Notes: generated by a model from the sequence alone, not told the origin. A stretch of 64,000 bases of DNA from a bacterium (GCA_963692865.2 OY843592.1:1888001-1952000), one strand, 5' to 3'. Positions 1 through 10,749 are shown, numbered from the stretch's first letter. Translations and numbers: made by a program.

Positions 1-913
<913 letters not shown>

Positions 914-993
914 TTATTGCAGAGGCGTCTCCTGGTGGCAAATTCGCGCGTTTACGTCACGGTGTGCGGAATATGAATTCCGTCCATTCCGCG

Positions 994-2247
994 TTACGTC
1001 GCGGCCACTTGCGGGACGCGAACCTCTTTTTCGTTGATGAAAGAGACGAGCACGGCCGCCTGGAAACAAAGGTAGGCCGCCAGCGCGAACGCGAGGTTGT
1101 AGCTTCCGGTGACGTCATAGATGTATCCGCTCAGCCAGGCGCTCAGGCCCGAGCCGAGCTGGTGGCTGAACGTGATGAGACCGAAGAGGATCGCCACGTT
1201 CCTGGAGCCGAAGAAATCCCCCGTCAGCGCCGAGGTGAGCGGTACGGTCGCAATCCAGGAGAGGCCGATGATCATCGGCGTGGCCCAGACGGTGAAATCG
1301 TTCTTGACGAAAATGAACAGGATGAAACCCAGCCCCCGGAAGGCGTAGATCAGGCTCAAGGGGAATTTACGGCCGATTTTGTCCGACAGGGGACCGACGG
1401 CCAGAACGCCCACGGTGTTCAGCCCGCCGCCCAGGGCGAACGACGTGGCCGCGACGGCTGCGGAAAATCCGACGTCGGTCGCGAACGGCACCCAGTGGAC
1501 GGAGACGACCGTTACGGTGAAGCCGCAGGTGAAAAAGCTCGTGAGCAGGAGAACGAACGGCATCTTGGGAAGGCACTGCACCCAGTGCACGTCGTAGGGG
1601 ACGACCATCTTGACGCCGTTGCCGGACGTGGACGCGCTCGGGGGGACGTCCCTGGAGGAGGGAGCGTTTTTGACGAGGAAGATCGATATGGGCATCAGGG
1701 TGAACACGAAAATGACGCCGATGACGAACGAGGTCATCCTCCAGTCCAGAAAGCCGATCATATAAGCGAAGACGGGAAGCAGTATGAGCTGGCCCATGCT
1801 CGAGCCCGCGCTGATGATGGACATGCCCAGGCCCCGCCTGTCCGGGAACCAGTTGGACACCAGGGGTGTGAAGGCAGTCACGCTGTTGCCGATTCCCCCC
1901 ATCCCCAGCAGGATGCCGAAGAACAGGTACACCCCCCACAGGGATTCGACCTGGTAGATTCCCAGCATGGCGATGGTCGTGAGCGCCGAGCCCCAGATGA
2001 TGACCGTTTTCGGGTCCCAGCGGCGCATCATCAGCCCGCCCAGCGGCTGGGACGCGCCGTAGAGAATCAGGCAAAGTGAGAAGGGGAGCGACAACGAGGC
2101 GCGGCTGATGTTGAAGTCCGCAATCATGGGTTTCAGGAAAAGACCGAATGAATTTCTGGTCGCAAGGCCGAGGAACATCATGAAGAAGCAGCCGGCCAGG
2201 ATGTACCAGCCGTAATATATCTTTTGGGGAGTGGAGTCTTGGTTCAC
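994..2247 (-). CDS. MFS transporter
   Basis: YYGWYI start, about 12 hydrophobic segments, WFPDRRGLGMSI and GPLSDKIGRK motifs. GTG start inferred. Confidence 0.88.
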   Translation of the reverse strand: MNQDSTPQKIYYGWYILAGCFFMMFLGLATRNSFGLFLKPMIADFNISRASLSLPFSLCLILYGASQPLGGLMMRRWDPKTVIIWGSALTTIAMLGIYQVESLWGVYLFFGILLGMGGIGNSVTAFTPLVSNWFPDRRGLGMSIISAGSSMGQLILLPVFAYMIGFLDWRMTSFVIGVIFVFTLMPISIFLVKNAPSSRDVPPSASTSGNGVKMVVPYDVHWVQCLPKMPFVLLLTSFFTCGFTVTVVSVHWVPFATDVGFSAAVAATSFALGGGLNTVGVLAVGPLSDKIGRKFPLSLIYAFRGLGFILFIFVKNDFTVWATPMIIGLSWIATVPLTSALTGDFFGSRNVAILFGLITFSHQLGSGLSAWLSGYIYDVTGSYNLAFALAAYLCFQAAVLVSFINEKEVRVPQVAAT

Positions 2248-2371
2248 AGGCGCCTCGATAACCGCAGGGTGTGGGTGGTTTGCATTTGCGCGAGAGTTTA
2301 TAACATTCAAGGATGAAAGACACGCGCAACAGCGCATTTTCACACGGGCCTCCATGCTTTGCGGAATGCGC

Positions 2372-3742
2372 ATGGATGCCGGCGAAAAGCGAGGAGGTTT
2401 CCCATTGGAAGCGCCGAAATTCGTGGTTCCCCATCCCGGCCCTGAAACTCGCAAGGAACTTGAACGTCTCAGGAAGGCGGAAAGCCGCGCCGCCCTCAGC
2501 TTCGGGATGAGTCCGGAGACCGTCGTGGTCGAGCGCGCGCAAGGGGCGGTGATCGAGGATGTTGACGGCAATTTCTTCCTGGATTTCGTCGCCGGCTTCG
2601 GATCGCTCAACGCGGGGCACTGCCACCCCAGGGTCGTCTCGGCGTTGCGAAAACAGGCCGGAGAGGTGCACCAGGCCATGTCGCTGGGCTCCAGGGTGCG
2701 GAACGAGCTTTTCGATAAGGTTCTCTCCCTCCATTCCGGCGCGGCGCCCAAGAGTATGATTCTCGGCTCCTCGGGCAGCGAAGCGGCCGAGATCGCCCTC
2801 AAGATGGCCCGCCGGGCGACGGGGCGCGACGAGATTGTCGCCTTTACGGGCGCGTTCCACGGCAGAACTTTGGGGGCCGTGGCCCTGATGGGCAGAAAGA
2901 ACCAGAGGGAGGGGCTGGGGACGCTCGTTCCGGGAATTCACCACGTCCCGTATCCCTATCCCTACCGGAACCCCTTCGGCGACGGGCCGCAGACGTGCGC
3001 CGAGGGAACGATTCGCTACATCAACGAGTTTCTCGATAATCCGGTGAGCGGCTGGGGCGAGGTGGCGGCCGTCATCATCGAGCCGGTGCAGGGCAACGGC
3101 GGCATGATTCCGGCGCCGGTCGGATTCTTGAAGGCGCTTCGCGAGGTGTGCGACCGTCACGGGGTGCTGCTCATCATCGACGAGGTGATGAGCGGGTTTT
3201 GCCGCACGGGCCGGATGTTCGCCTACCAGTACGAGGATGTCGAACCCGACCTGGTCGTGATGGGAAAATCGATCTCGGGCGGGCTTCCTCTCGCCGCCTG
3301 CGTCGCGAAAAAAGAGATAGCCGACGCCTCGAACCCCGGCACCGAGAGCAGCACCTATGCGGGAAACGTGATGGCGTGCGCCGCGGGCCTCGCCTCCATC
3401 GAGGTGTACGAGGAGGAGAACCTCGCCGGGCGCTCCCTGGAGATGGGCGCCTATTTCCTGAGGAGGCTGGAGGAACTCTCGGAGCGCCATTCCATCGTCG
3501 GCGAGGTGCGCGGGCGCGGGCTGATGGTGGCGGTCGAGCTGGTTTCCGACCGGACGACGCGCGAGCCGATGAGCGTCGCGAAAAAAGCAAGCGACATGGC
3601 CTTGAAGAAAGGGTTGCTCATCTATCCGGGAGGACACCACGCGAACGTGCTGGCGTTTTTGCCGCCCCTGATCATCGACGAGGCCCAGGTCGATACGGCG
3701 GTCGGGATCGTCGATGAGGTGCTGCTCGAACTGGGTTCCTGA
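2372..3742 (+). CDS. Class III aminotransferase (GabT-like)
   Basis: DVDGNFFLDF, GAFHGRT, IIEPVQGNGG, LLIIDEVMSGFCRTG, MGKSISGG (PLP lysine). Start inferred. Confidence 0.9.
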   Translation: MDAGEKRGGFPLEAPKFVVPHPGPETRKELERLRKAESRAALSFGMSPETVVVERAQGAVIEDVDGNFFLDFVAGFGSLNAGHCHPRVVSALRKQAGEVHQAMSLGSRVRNELFDKVLSLHSGAAPKSMILGSSGSEAAEIALKMARRATGRDEIVAFTGAFHGRTLGAVALMGRKNQREGLGTLVPGIHHVPYPYPYRNPFGDGPQTCAEGTIRYINEFLDNPVSGWGEVAAVIIEPVQGNGGMIPAPVGFLKALREVCDRHGVLLIIDEVMSGFCRTGRMFAYQYEDVEPDLVVMGKSISGGLPLAACVAKKEIADASNPGTESSTYAGNVMACAAGLASIEVYEEENLAGRSLEMGAYFLRRLEELSERHSIVGEVRGRGLMVAVELVSDRTTREPMSVAKKASDMALKKGLLIYPGGHHANVLAFLPPLIIDEAQVDTAVGIVDEVLLELGS

Positions 3743-3823
3743 CGGCCCGCCGTAGCGGGTGATGCCGACGCTCGCATTTGTGGTAATATGCGCTGGACGA
3801 CCCCGCCGCTTTTGAGGGACGAG

Positions 3824-5152
3824 ATGCGCAGGAGATTCCGAAGAAAGGTCCATCTGGCGTTTTTGGGCTTCCTGGTGGCGCTCGGCGCGCTGCTGAGCCT
3901 CTACCACGCCGCCGCCTCGCAGAAGACGCCTCCCGTCCTGGTGCTGGACGTGGCGGACGCCATTTCGCCCGGCACGTCGGAATACATCGCGTTCGGCATA
4001 GAGGAGGCCGCCAGAAGGAAGGCGCAGCTTCTCGTCATCCGTCTCGACACCCCCGGCGGTCTGGTGACCAGCACGCGCGACATCGTGCAGGCGATTTTCG
4101 GCGCGGGCGTGCCCGTGGCGGTGTACGTCGCTCCGGGAGGGGCGCGGGCCGCATCCGCGGGCACGTTCATCACCATGTCGGCCCACATCGCCGCCATGGC
4201 GCCGGGCACCAACATCGGCGCGGCTTCTCCCGTATCGGGCGGGGGAAAGCAGATTCAGGGCGATATGCGCAAGAAGGCGATGAACGACGTGGCCGCTTTC
4301 GCGCGGGCGGTGGCTTCGCGCACCGGGCGCAACACCGAGTGGGCGGAGAGCGCGGTCCGCGAGGCGATATCTGTGGACGAGGCCGAAGCCCTGAAGCAAA
4401 AGGTCATCGACCTCGTGGCGGCGGACGTGCGGTCGCTTCTCCTGGCGGTCGACGGCAGGAAGATAAAACTCGCGAGCGGCGACGCCGTCACCCTCTCGAC
4501 GAAGGGCGCCCCGCAAATCGTTCTGGAGCGAAGCCTGCGCCAGAAGGTGCTCACCCTTCTGAGCGATCCCAACATCGCCTACATCCTGATGCTCCTGGGG
4601 ATGTACGGGCTGTTTTTCGAACTCTCGAATCCCGGCTCCATACTGCCCGGCGTGGTGGGGGCCATCAGCCTCCTTCTGGCGCTCTATGCTCTGAAAGTCC
4701 TGCCGGTGAACTACGTGGGGCTTCTCCTGATGGGGCTTGCCGTCATCATGTTTCTGCTTGAGATCAAGGTGGTCAGCTACGGGGGTCTGACCATCGGCGG
4801 AATCATCGCCATGACCATCGGTTCGGTCATGCTCATCGATTCTCCGGACCCCTACCTGCAGATCAGCCTGAAGGTGATCCTGCCCGCGGTCGCCGGAACG
4901 GCCATGTTCTTCGTCTGGCTCGTGGGCATGGGTTTTCGCGCCCAGCGGGTGCGGCCGGTTTCGGGTTCGGAGGGGATGCTCGACCAGTCCGGCGTCGTGA
5001 GCGCATTATCGGGGGAAGGGTCGCCGGCCCAGGTCCGGGTGCACGGCGAGATATGGCTGGCCGACTCCGGGGAACCCCTGGAAGTCGGCGACAAGGTCCG
5101 CGTGGTCTCGGTGGAGGGTCTCAGGCTCCACGTCGAGAAGGAGGGTGGATAA
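3824..5152 (+). CDS. NfeD-family membrane serine protease (ClpP-class)
   Basis: LDTPGG, GARAASAG, AMAPGTNIGAASPV, TM bundle, C-terminal OB-like VHGEIW; paired with an SPFH gene. Confidence 0.92.
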   Translation: MRRRFRRKVHLAFLGFLVALGALLSLYHAAASQKTPPVLVLDVADAISPGTSEYIAFGIEEAARRKAQLLVIRLDTPGGLVTSTRDIVQAIFGAGVPVAVYVAPGGARAASAGTFITMSAHIAAMAPGTNIGAASPVSGGGKQIQGDMRKKAMNDVAAFARAVASRTGRNTEWAESAVREAISVDEAEALKQKVIDLVAADVRSLLLAVDGRKIKLASGDAVTLSTKGAPQIVLERSLRQKVLTLLSDPNIAYILMLLGMYGLFFELSNPGSILPGVVGAISLLLALYALKVLPVNYVGLLLMGLAVIMFLLEIKVVSYGGLTIGGIIAMTIGSVMLIDSPDPYLQISLKVILPAVAGTAMFFVWLVGMGFRAQRVRPVSGSEGMLDQSGVVSALSGEGSPAQVRVHGEIWLADSGEPLEVGDKVRVVSVEGLRLHVEKEGG

Positions 5153-5944
5153 ATGAATCTGAGTTTGATCATCGCCGTCGTCATCGTCCTGCTGTTTCTG
5201 GCGAGCGCCATCCGCGTGCTGAACGAATACGAGCGCGGCGTCATCTTCCGGCTGGGGCGTTTCCATTCCACGAAGGGGCCGGGCCTCATCATCGTGCTGC
5301 CGGTGATCGACCGCATGACCCGCGTGGGTCTCAGGCTGGTGACGATGGACGTGCCGCCGCAGGATATCGTCACGAAAGACAACGTGTCGGTGAAGGTGAA
5401 CGCCGTGGTCTACTTCCGCGTGCTGACCCCTGAGCGCGCCGTCATCGAGGTGGAGGATTTCCTCTACGCCACGGGCCAGTTGAGCCAGACGACGCTCCGG
5501 AGCGTGCTGGGCCAGATGGAACTCGACGATCTGCTCTCAGAGCGCGAGAAGATCAACTCCCAGCTCCAGGAACTCCTCGACCACGCCACCGACCCCTGGG
5601 GCATCAAGGTCACCAACGTGGAGCTCAAGCACGTGGACCTTCCCGGCGAGATGCAGCGCGCCATCGCCCGCCAGGCCGAGGCCGAGCGCGAGCGCCGCGC
5701 CAAGGTCATCCACGCGGAGGGCGAATACCAGGCGAGCGAGCGGCTGGCCGAGGCCGCCGCCACCATCGCCACGGCGCCGGGCGCGCTCCAACTCCGCTTC
5801 TTGCAGACCCTCTCCGAAGTCGCCACCGAGAACAACTCCACCATCGTCTTCCCCCTGCCGCTCGACCTGCTCAAGCCCTTCGTGGACAAGGCGCCGGACG
5901 GGGGCGGCGCGCCCAAAGGCGAGATAGAAGCCGGCGGCGCGTAG
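5153..5944 (+). CDS. SPFH/stomatin-like (slipin) protein
   Basis: [42 protein letters not shown]. Confidence 0.95.
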   Translation: MNLSLIIAVVIVLLFLASAIRVLNEYERGVIFRLGRFHSTKGPGLIIVLPVIDRMTRVGLRLVTMDVPPQDIVTKDNVSVKVNAVVYFRVLTPERAVIEVEDFLYATGQLSQTTLRSVLGQMELDDLLSEREKINSQLQELLDHATDPWGIKVTNVELKHVDLPGEMQRAIARQAEAERERRAKVIHAEGEYQASERLAEAAATIATAPGALQLRFLQTLSEVATENNSTIVFPLPLDLLKPFVDKAPDGGGAPKGEIEAGGA

Positions 5945-6080
5945 CGCGCAGATGCGGGCTGTTGCGGGGAAATGCGCGTAATCCCCAAAATTTTTTTTGC
6001 CGCCGTATCTGAATGCGGGACGCTAAGATTTATATAGTAACCCTTTTGATTACAGTCAGTTGCAAGAGATAAAATTTTCA

Positions 6081-6122
6081 GGAATTTATCCAAAAACCCC
6101 GTGAATTTATACGAATTTATAC
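6081..6122. repeat. AT-rich dispersed repeat, copy 1 (copy 2 at 63397-63438)
   Basis: 36/42 identity by manual alignment; internal GAATTTAT units. Confidence 0.8.
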
Positions 6123-6225
6123 AAAATATCATTATTTTCATTTTCGCGCCGACATCGAATCCATCCGCGCCGCTCCTCTCCCGGCGAGAATTGAACCAGA
6201 ATAAGAAGAGCAGGCATACGCTTTT

Positions 6226-6835
6226 GTAGGGGCAGCTCGCGAGCTGCCCGTGTCCTTTTGGAGATGGATGGGTCGTTCCGGCAGTGTATGCAACAATCGC
6301 CGTCACCAGTCTTGCCCAAATACCCGATTCCATGAGAAAGCCCCCTCACCCGTCAGTCCAATACCGACCCATGCGGGAGAAACCGTTTTCCCGCGCCGCG
6401 CGCACAATATCGCAGTCCGGGATTTCAGGAGGAAGAGGAATTGCGAGGAAATGCGGATTTGTTGGGTTTTGTAGGGGCGGCTCGCGAGCCGCCCGCGCCT
6501 TTTTGAGGTTTTCCCGTATCGAGGGGCTTTTTCAACAGCCCCCTCAAGGGGGGAGTGATTTGGAATTCTCCTCGGTCGGGCGTCGGCGTAGCAGGACGAC
6601 CCCGGAGAGGGGTTGTCCCGCATATCATGCGGCCCGGCCTTTTCGCCTTCACAATACGGGTCGCATGATATGTCGGACATATATGTCTGACATACGGGTA
6701 AAACGTGGTTGATGCGAGAGGGACAGGTTTTTCAACAACCCCGATGAATGAGCGTTTGCGACCGAAGAGGGGGGAGTTTGCCGGTTTGTAAGGGCATGAA
6801 GCCTTCGTAGGGGCGGCTCGTGAGCCGCCCGTAAT
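6226..6835. repeat. Palindromic repeat cluster 1: three GTAG-REPs (6226, 6471, 6807), IS-like ends (6527, 6727), CCCTCAAGGGGGGAGTGA arm, composite element 6620-6691
   Basis: GTAGGGGCGGCTCGCGAGCCGCCC-type hairpins and TTTTTCAACAGCC read directly. Confidence 0.88.
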
Positions 6836-6870
6836 CTCACAGGTCGCGACTCATGGAAACATCACAATGC

Positions 6871-7599
6871 TCACGAAACCTTATCGAGCGAACGGCGGAG
6901 GGTGGCGATCAACTCCCGGCGAAAACCCTCGTCGTCATCCCTCGACCAAGGAACGGTGGTGCAGTGGTTCGTGTCGAAGTGGGACCCTTCTCTTTCGAAC
7001 TTCTTCTTCTCGCAGATGTAGATGACGGGCTTGCCGAGGCCCTCCGCGTAGCCAGCTTCCCAATACGCTCCGTTGTTGTCGTGCGTGAGGTCGACGATGA
7101 CGAATCTCGCGTCCCTTATCTGGACGCGCATAATGTTGTCGATGACGCCCGCCCGGGGAACGTCGCGCATATCTAAAAGGTCGAATCCCGTCCCCTCCTT
7201 CACCACCGGTTTCAGGACACTCTCGACGAAGGCGTCGAGTTCAGCGTCGCCGAACTGCATGGCGAGAAAGCCATGGTTTCCATCGAAGCCCCCGTATTTT
7301 TCTGCCTCGTACTGCTCCCATCCGTCGAAAGTCAGATTAACATCTAAAAAAGCTTTTTGACTTCCAAGAGTAGGTAATTCATGTGAGATCTTGATGAGGC
7401 CGCGTTCACAGAATTCCTCAATGAGTGATGCAGCAAACTTTTCACTAGGAGAACCGATAGTTTTTTGGACACCGGCACCAGAAATCTGCCGAATTGGCAC
7501 ACCCGATTTAGAAACTTCATCCCCAATGAATCGAATGAGATTCATTGCCTGCGTTGCAGGGCTAGTGAATTCTTTCGTGGTTTTAGCACCATCGCTCAT
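6871..7599 (-). CDS. Nucleoside 2-deoxyribosyltransferase-like protein with N-terminal putative wHTH region
   Basis: GFLAMQF...FVIVDLTHDNNGAYWEAGYAEGLGKPVIYIC...HFD matches the NDT/Rcl-like signature. Confidence 0.75.
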   Translation of the reverse strand: MSDGAKTTKEFTSPATQAMNLIRFIGDEVSKSGVPIRQISGAGVQKTIGSPSEKFAASLIEEFCERGLIKISHELPTLGSQKAFLDVNLTFDGWEQYEAEKYGGFDGNHGFLAMQFGDAELDAFVESVLKPVVKEGTGFDLLDMRDVPRAGVIDNIMRVQIRDARFVIVDLTHDNNGAYWEAGYAEGLGKPVIYICEKKKFEREGSHFDTNHCTTVPWSRDDDEGFRRELIATLRRSLDKVS

Positions 7600-7676
7600 C
7601 TTGTTTTCCTCATTTCAGATTCGGTTGACTATTGCTTGCCATTCCTAAATTTCATCTTCAACAGTCCCTCTCCCTT

Positions 7677-8402
7677 TCACCCTTCCCGCATCTTCACGAA
7701 AGCAATCGCGTGCGCGCTCAACGAAGCGGCGAAATTCCTGAAACCGATTTCCGGGTCAGGCTCGGAATAGCGGCCGCTCAGTCCCTCGTCTCTGTCCGAT
7801 AGGAGCAGACAGGCGGCGTCATACAACCTCTCCCGAAGCAGCCGTTCACAGAACACCTCATAGCGTCTGGCGTAAGATGCCTCTTTCAGTTCCTCGAATA
7901 CCTCAAAGTGGGGTTCCGATACCCGAACGGGATATCGTGAGCGATGCGCATCCTCCAAAAGCATGAGCCAGCCCATCCAAGGCTTTTGGGAGGGTTTGAA
8001 CGCCCCCTCACGATACGCGGCCAAGATATCAGTCGCGCTTCCCAGCGCCTCTTCGACCCGATTGTTGAAATTGTTTCCGAATGAAGGGCCGACGTGAGAT
8101 TTGAATTCGATGCTAGCGAGAAGCTGCCCGTCCACAACGACTACCAGGTCCCACTCTTTCGTGGGCCGGAAATAGCCGGGCAATGTAGTTTGCCGTGTGT
8201 GTATCGTATGCTTCGGGAGGCCCGCATCCTCCAGGATAGATGCGAGAAGGCGAATGAACCCGTCGAGTTGCGCGCCGCCGGTTACGGCGCTTCTGCCGCC
8301 TGTATCCTTGACGCCGGTCGTTGAACCTTGGCTCTCGCCTTGCCTCAACCGCGTCCGCCAGAAGTGCGCAACGGCGTCTGCGACTTTTTTCGAATAATCC
8401 AT
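7677..8402 (-). CDS. Type II restriction endonuclease, XhoI/PaeR7I family
   Basis: RSAVTGGAQLDGF, LPGYFRPTKEWDLVV, IEFKSHVGPSFGNNFNNRVEEALGSATD. Confidence 0.9.
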   Translation of the reverse strand: MDYSKKVADAVAHFWRTRLRQGESQGSTTGVKDTGGRSAVTGGAQLDGFIRLLASILEDAGLPKHTIHTRQTTLPGYFRPTKEWDLVVVVDGQLLASIEFKSHVGPSFGNNFNNRVEEALGSATDILAAYREGAFKPSQKPWMGWLMLLEDAHRSRYPVRVSEPHFEVFEELKEASYARRYEVFCERLLRERLYDAACLLLSDRDEGLSGRYSEPDPEIGFRNFAASLSAHAIAFVKMREG

Positions 8403-8406
8403 TCTA

Positions 8407-9387
8407 TTATTGCTTCTGTAGTGATTCGGTGCCGATTTCAGCGCGGGACAACAGTGAATCTGTCGATTTCCGGATTCTTTTTTCGGCGAGAGTGAAGTAG
8501 TGCGGGTCGATTTCCACACCGATAGAATTTCTTCCCCACTTGGCGGCGGCAACCGTGGTCGTGCCCGTCCCCATGAACGGGTCCAGCACAACGTCGCCCG
8601 CGAAGCTGAACATTCTCACGAGGCGCTCAGCGACCTCCTCCGGGAAGGGGGCGGGATGATTTCGAGTGGATGCGCCCGTGACACCGGACCATATACAGCG
8701 AAACCACTCTTTGTGATTTTGGTCCGAAATGACGGAAAGAACACGGTTCACAACGGATGGCTTGCGGTATCCGCCAGGTTTGCGCTCCATCAGAATGAAC
8801 TCGATGTCGTTCTTGATAACTGCGTTCGGCTCATAAGGCTTGCCGAGAAACCCGCCGCCGTTTCCCGACGCCTCGAACGCGGCGTTCGCTATCTTGTACC
8901 AAATGATCGACGCGAGGTTGTCATAGCCTATACTGCGACAACGCTCTTGTATGGACGCATGAAGGGGAACGACCGTATGCCTTCCTTTGTTCCTTCGCCT
9001 GGAGAGGCAGACGTCTCCCACCACGCAAACTAGCCTTCCTCCGGGTACGAGGACGCGATAGCAATGCTTCCAGACCTTATCGAGTTCGTTCAAGAAGTTC
9101 TCATATTCTTCGATGTCGCCAAGTTGATCTTCATGGTCCCTATATTTTTTCAGCGTCCAATACGGCGGAGAAGTGACGACGAGATGGACTGTCTCATCGG
9201 GTATGAACGACAAATCACGGGAATCTCCCTCAAATAGCCGGTGCTTCGTGGGCAACTGCCGGAGCGCGTTCTCAATCTGCATCAGTAGCTGATGATCCTT
9301 GGCGATGCGAGGAATGTCCGTCTGCGGATTTTCCAGATCGCAAACGGCGTCGGGGAGAAAATCTGAATAATCCTGGTTCGCGCTCAT
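8407..9387 (-). CDS. Site-specific DNA methyltransferase, beta class (SPPY; likely N4-C)
   Basis: VVTSPPYW precedes HPAPFP and VLDPFMGTGTT. Confidence 0.92.
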   Translation of the reverse strand: MSANQDYSDFLPDAVCDLENPQTDIPRIAKDHQLLMQIENALRQLPTKHRLFEGDSRDLSFIPDETVHLVVTSPPYWTLKKYRDHEDQLGDIEEYENFLNELDKVWKHCYRVLVPGGRLVCVVGDVCLSRRRNKGRHTVVPLHASIQERCRSIGYDNLASIIWYKIANAAFEASGNGGGFLGKPYEPNAVIKNDIEFILMERKPGGYRKPSVVNRVLSVISDQNHKEWFRCIWSGVTGASTRNHPAPFPEEVAERLVRMFSFAGDVVLDPFMGTGTTTVAAAKWGRNSIGVEIDPHYFTLAEKRIRKSTDSLLSRAEIGTESLQKQ

Positions 9388-9390
9388 AGG

Positions 9391-10380
9391 TTATGCTCTC
9401 GCCACCGCATAGGACAAATCTCGTGTCGCGCATGCTGGGCCGAGCGCCTTCGCTGGATGAAAGTTCAGCCATAGCGATTCCTGCCTTTGCCCCTTCGATG
9501 AATTGCACGTCTTGGCCGGCGCGTCGATTCTCACCCAATCGGCGAACAGCCTGTCGTAAAGCGCCGTCCTGTATCCCGATACGACGGCCCTGCCGCGAAT
9601 GGAATGCAGCAAACGGGCAAGTTCCGCGTGTTCCTCATCGGTCATCTCGTATCCGTAGGCGTTCGAGTCGTTGCGGCTTTCGTGAACGTAGGGGGGGTCG
9701 AGGTAAAACAGCGTGTCGTCCGTGTCGTAGCGTTCGATAAGCTCCAATGCGGGGACGTTCTCAATCTGCACCCGCAGAAGCCTTTGAACTATCTCGGGCA
9801 GCCCGTCGACCGCTCCCAGCCAGCGCGAAACCGCTCCGGCCATGCCCGCGCGGGAGGTGAGCACGCAATGGGCCCAGCGGCCCTCGCTGCTCGTCTGGGC
9901 CAGGCCGGTGCGTGTTTGTCTCGCCCTCACGTAGAACCTTCTCGCCCGTTCCAGGCTCGGCAGGCCGGGTTCCGGGCGGCACGCCTTGACGAGCTCTTCC
10001 CGTGAGAAAGGCGTGAGGCTGATCGCCCGGATCAACTCGTCCCCATGATCCCTCAGTATCTCGAAGAAATTGACAAGTTCGGAATCGAGGTCGTTGTACG
10101 TCTCCACCAGGGAAGGTTTGCGGTTGATGAGAATCGCCGCCGAGCCGCCGAACACGTCGCAAAAATGCGCGGCGTCCTGTGGCAGGTGCGGCAGAATGAA
10201 GTCGAGATGCGAGAATTTCCCACCGTACCAGCCGAAGGCGATCATCTTCTTCCGCCTCCGGCTCGCGTTCTTGACTATCCGCCTGCTGTTGATCGACCTC
10301 TGCATCTCGTGTCCTCTCGACCCGTTCGCTTCCGTCGATTCATTGGCGGACTCGATAGACGTTGTTTCGTCGCGTTTCAT
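9391..10380 (-). CDS. DNA adenine methyltransferase, Dam/D12 class (true start may be ~10305)
   Basis: WYGGKFS, DVFGGSAA, YNDLD, FYLDPPY. Confidence 0.92.
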   Translation of the reverse strand: MKRDETTSIESANESTEANGSRGHEMQRSINSRRIVKNASRRRKKMIAFGWYGGKFSHLDFILPHLPQDAAHFCDVFGGSAAILINRKPSLVETYNDLDSELVNFFEILRDHGDELIRAISLTPFSREELVKACRPEPGLPSLERARRFYVRARQTRTGLAQTSSEGRWAHCVLTSRAGMAGAVSRWLGAVDGLPEIVQRLLRVQIENVPALELIERYDTDDTLFYLDPPYVHESRNDSNAYGYEMTDEEHAELARLLHSIRGRAVVSGYRTALYDRLFADWVRIDAPAKTCNSSKGQRQESLWLNFHPAKALGPACATRDLSYAVARA

Positions 10381-10576
10381 TACGCTTCGGGGTCTCGTTC
10401 GGGCGTGGAATGATTCTGTATACCCATTCTAATGGGAGTTCGTCTTTCCGTCAAGAGCTTTCGTCAAATTATCGCCTGTTCAATCTTGTTACGCAAACAA
10501 CCTCACCCCCAGATACGCCTCCTTCCTTCTCAGGTCCTTCTCGTCGTGGCCGGCGAAGATGAGGTCGGGGCTGTTG

Positions 10577-10636
10577 GCCGGACACGGAGGTCCGCCCCTA
10601 CAAACCCCGGCAATCCCTCTCCTGGGCTGTTGAAAG
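10577..10636. repeat. Repeat cluster 2: reverse GTAG-REP plus GGGCTGTTGAAA end
   Basis: GCCGGACACGGAGGTCCGCCCCTAC followed by GCAATCCCTCTCCTGGGCTGTTGAAAG. Confidence 0.75.
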
Positions 10637-10749
10637 ACTTCTCAAAGGGGAGGTGCCGGCTCGGCCCGTATGATGTCTCCACGTCGCTCCGCTTAAGTGA
10701 AGCGGCTGCGGAGATTCCGATTGTTCCAACGGCTCCGCCGGTATGAAAC

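Noticed and set aside
1367-4516. Very long alternative-frame ORFs (also 21781-23688, 25008-27422, 35580-37520, 41261-44011)
   Set aside because: They overlap well-supported genes, are Arg/Gly/Pro-rich without motifs, and are expected shadow ORFs in high-GC DNA.
5990-6145. AT-rich tract with DnaA-box-like words as oriC
   Set aside because: The boxes are imperfect, no dnaA/dnaN/gidA context is present, and a second copy exists after recA.
6107-6840. Short ORFs within repeat clusters (also 11238-11890, 12282-13058, 18641-19249, 20061-20698, 28334-28999)
   Set aside because: They are translations of palindromic repeats, and similar peptides recur wherever the repeats do.
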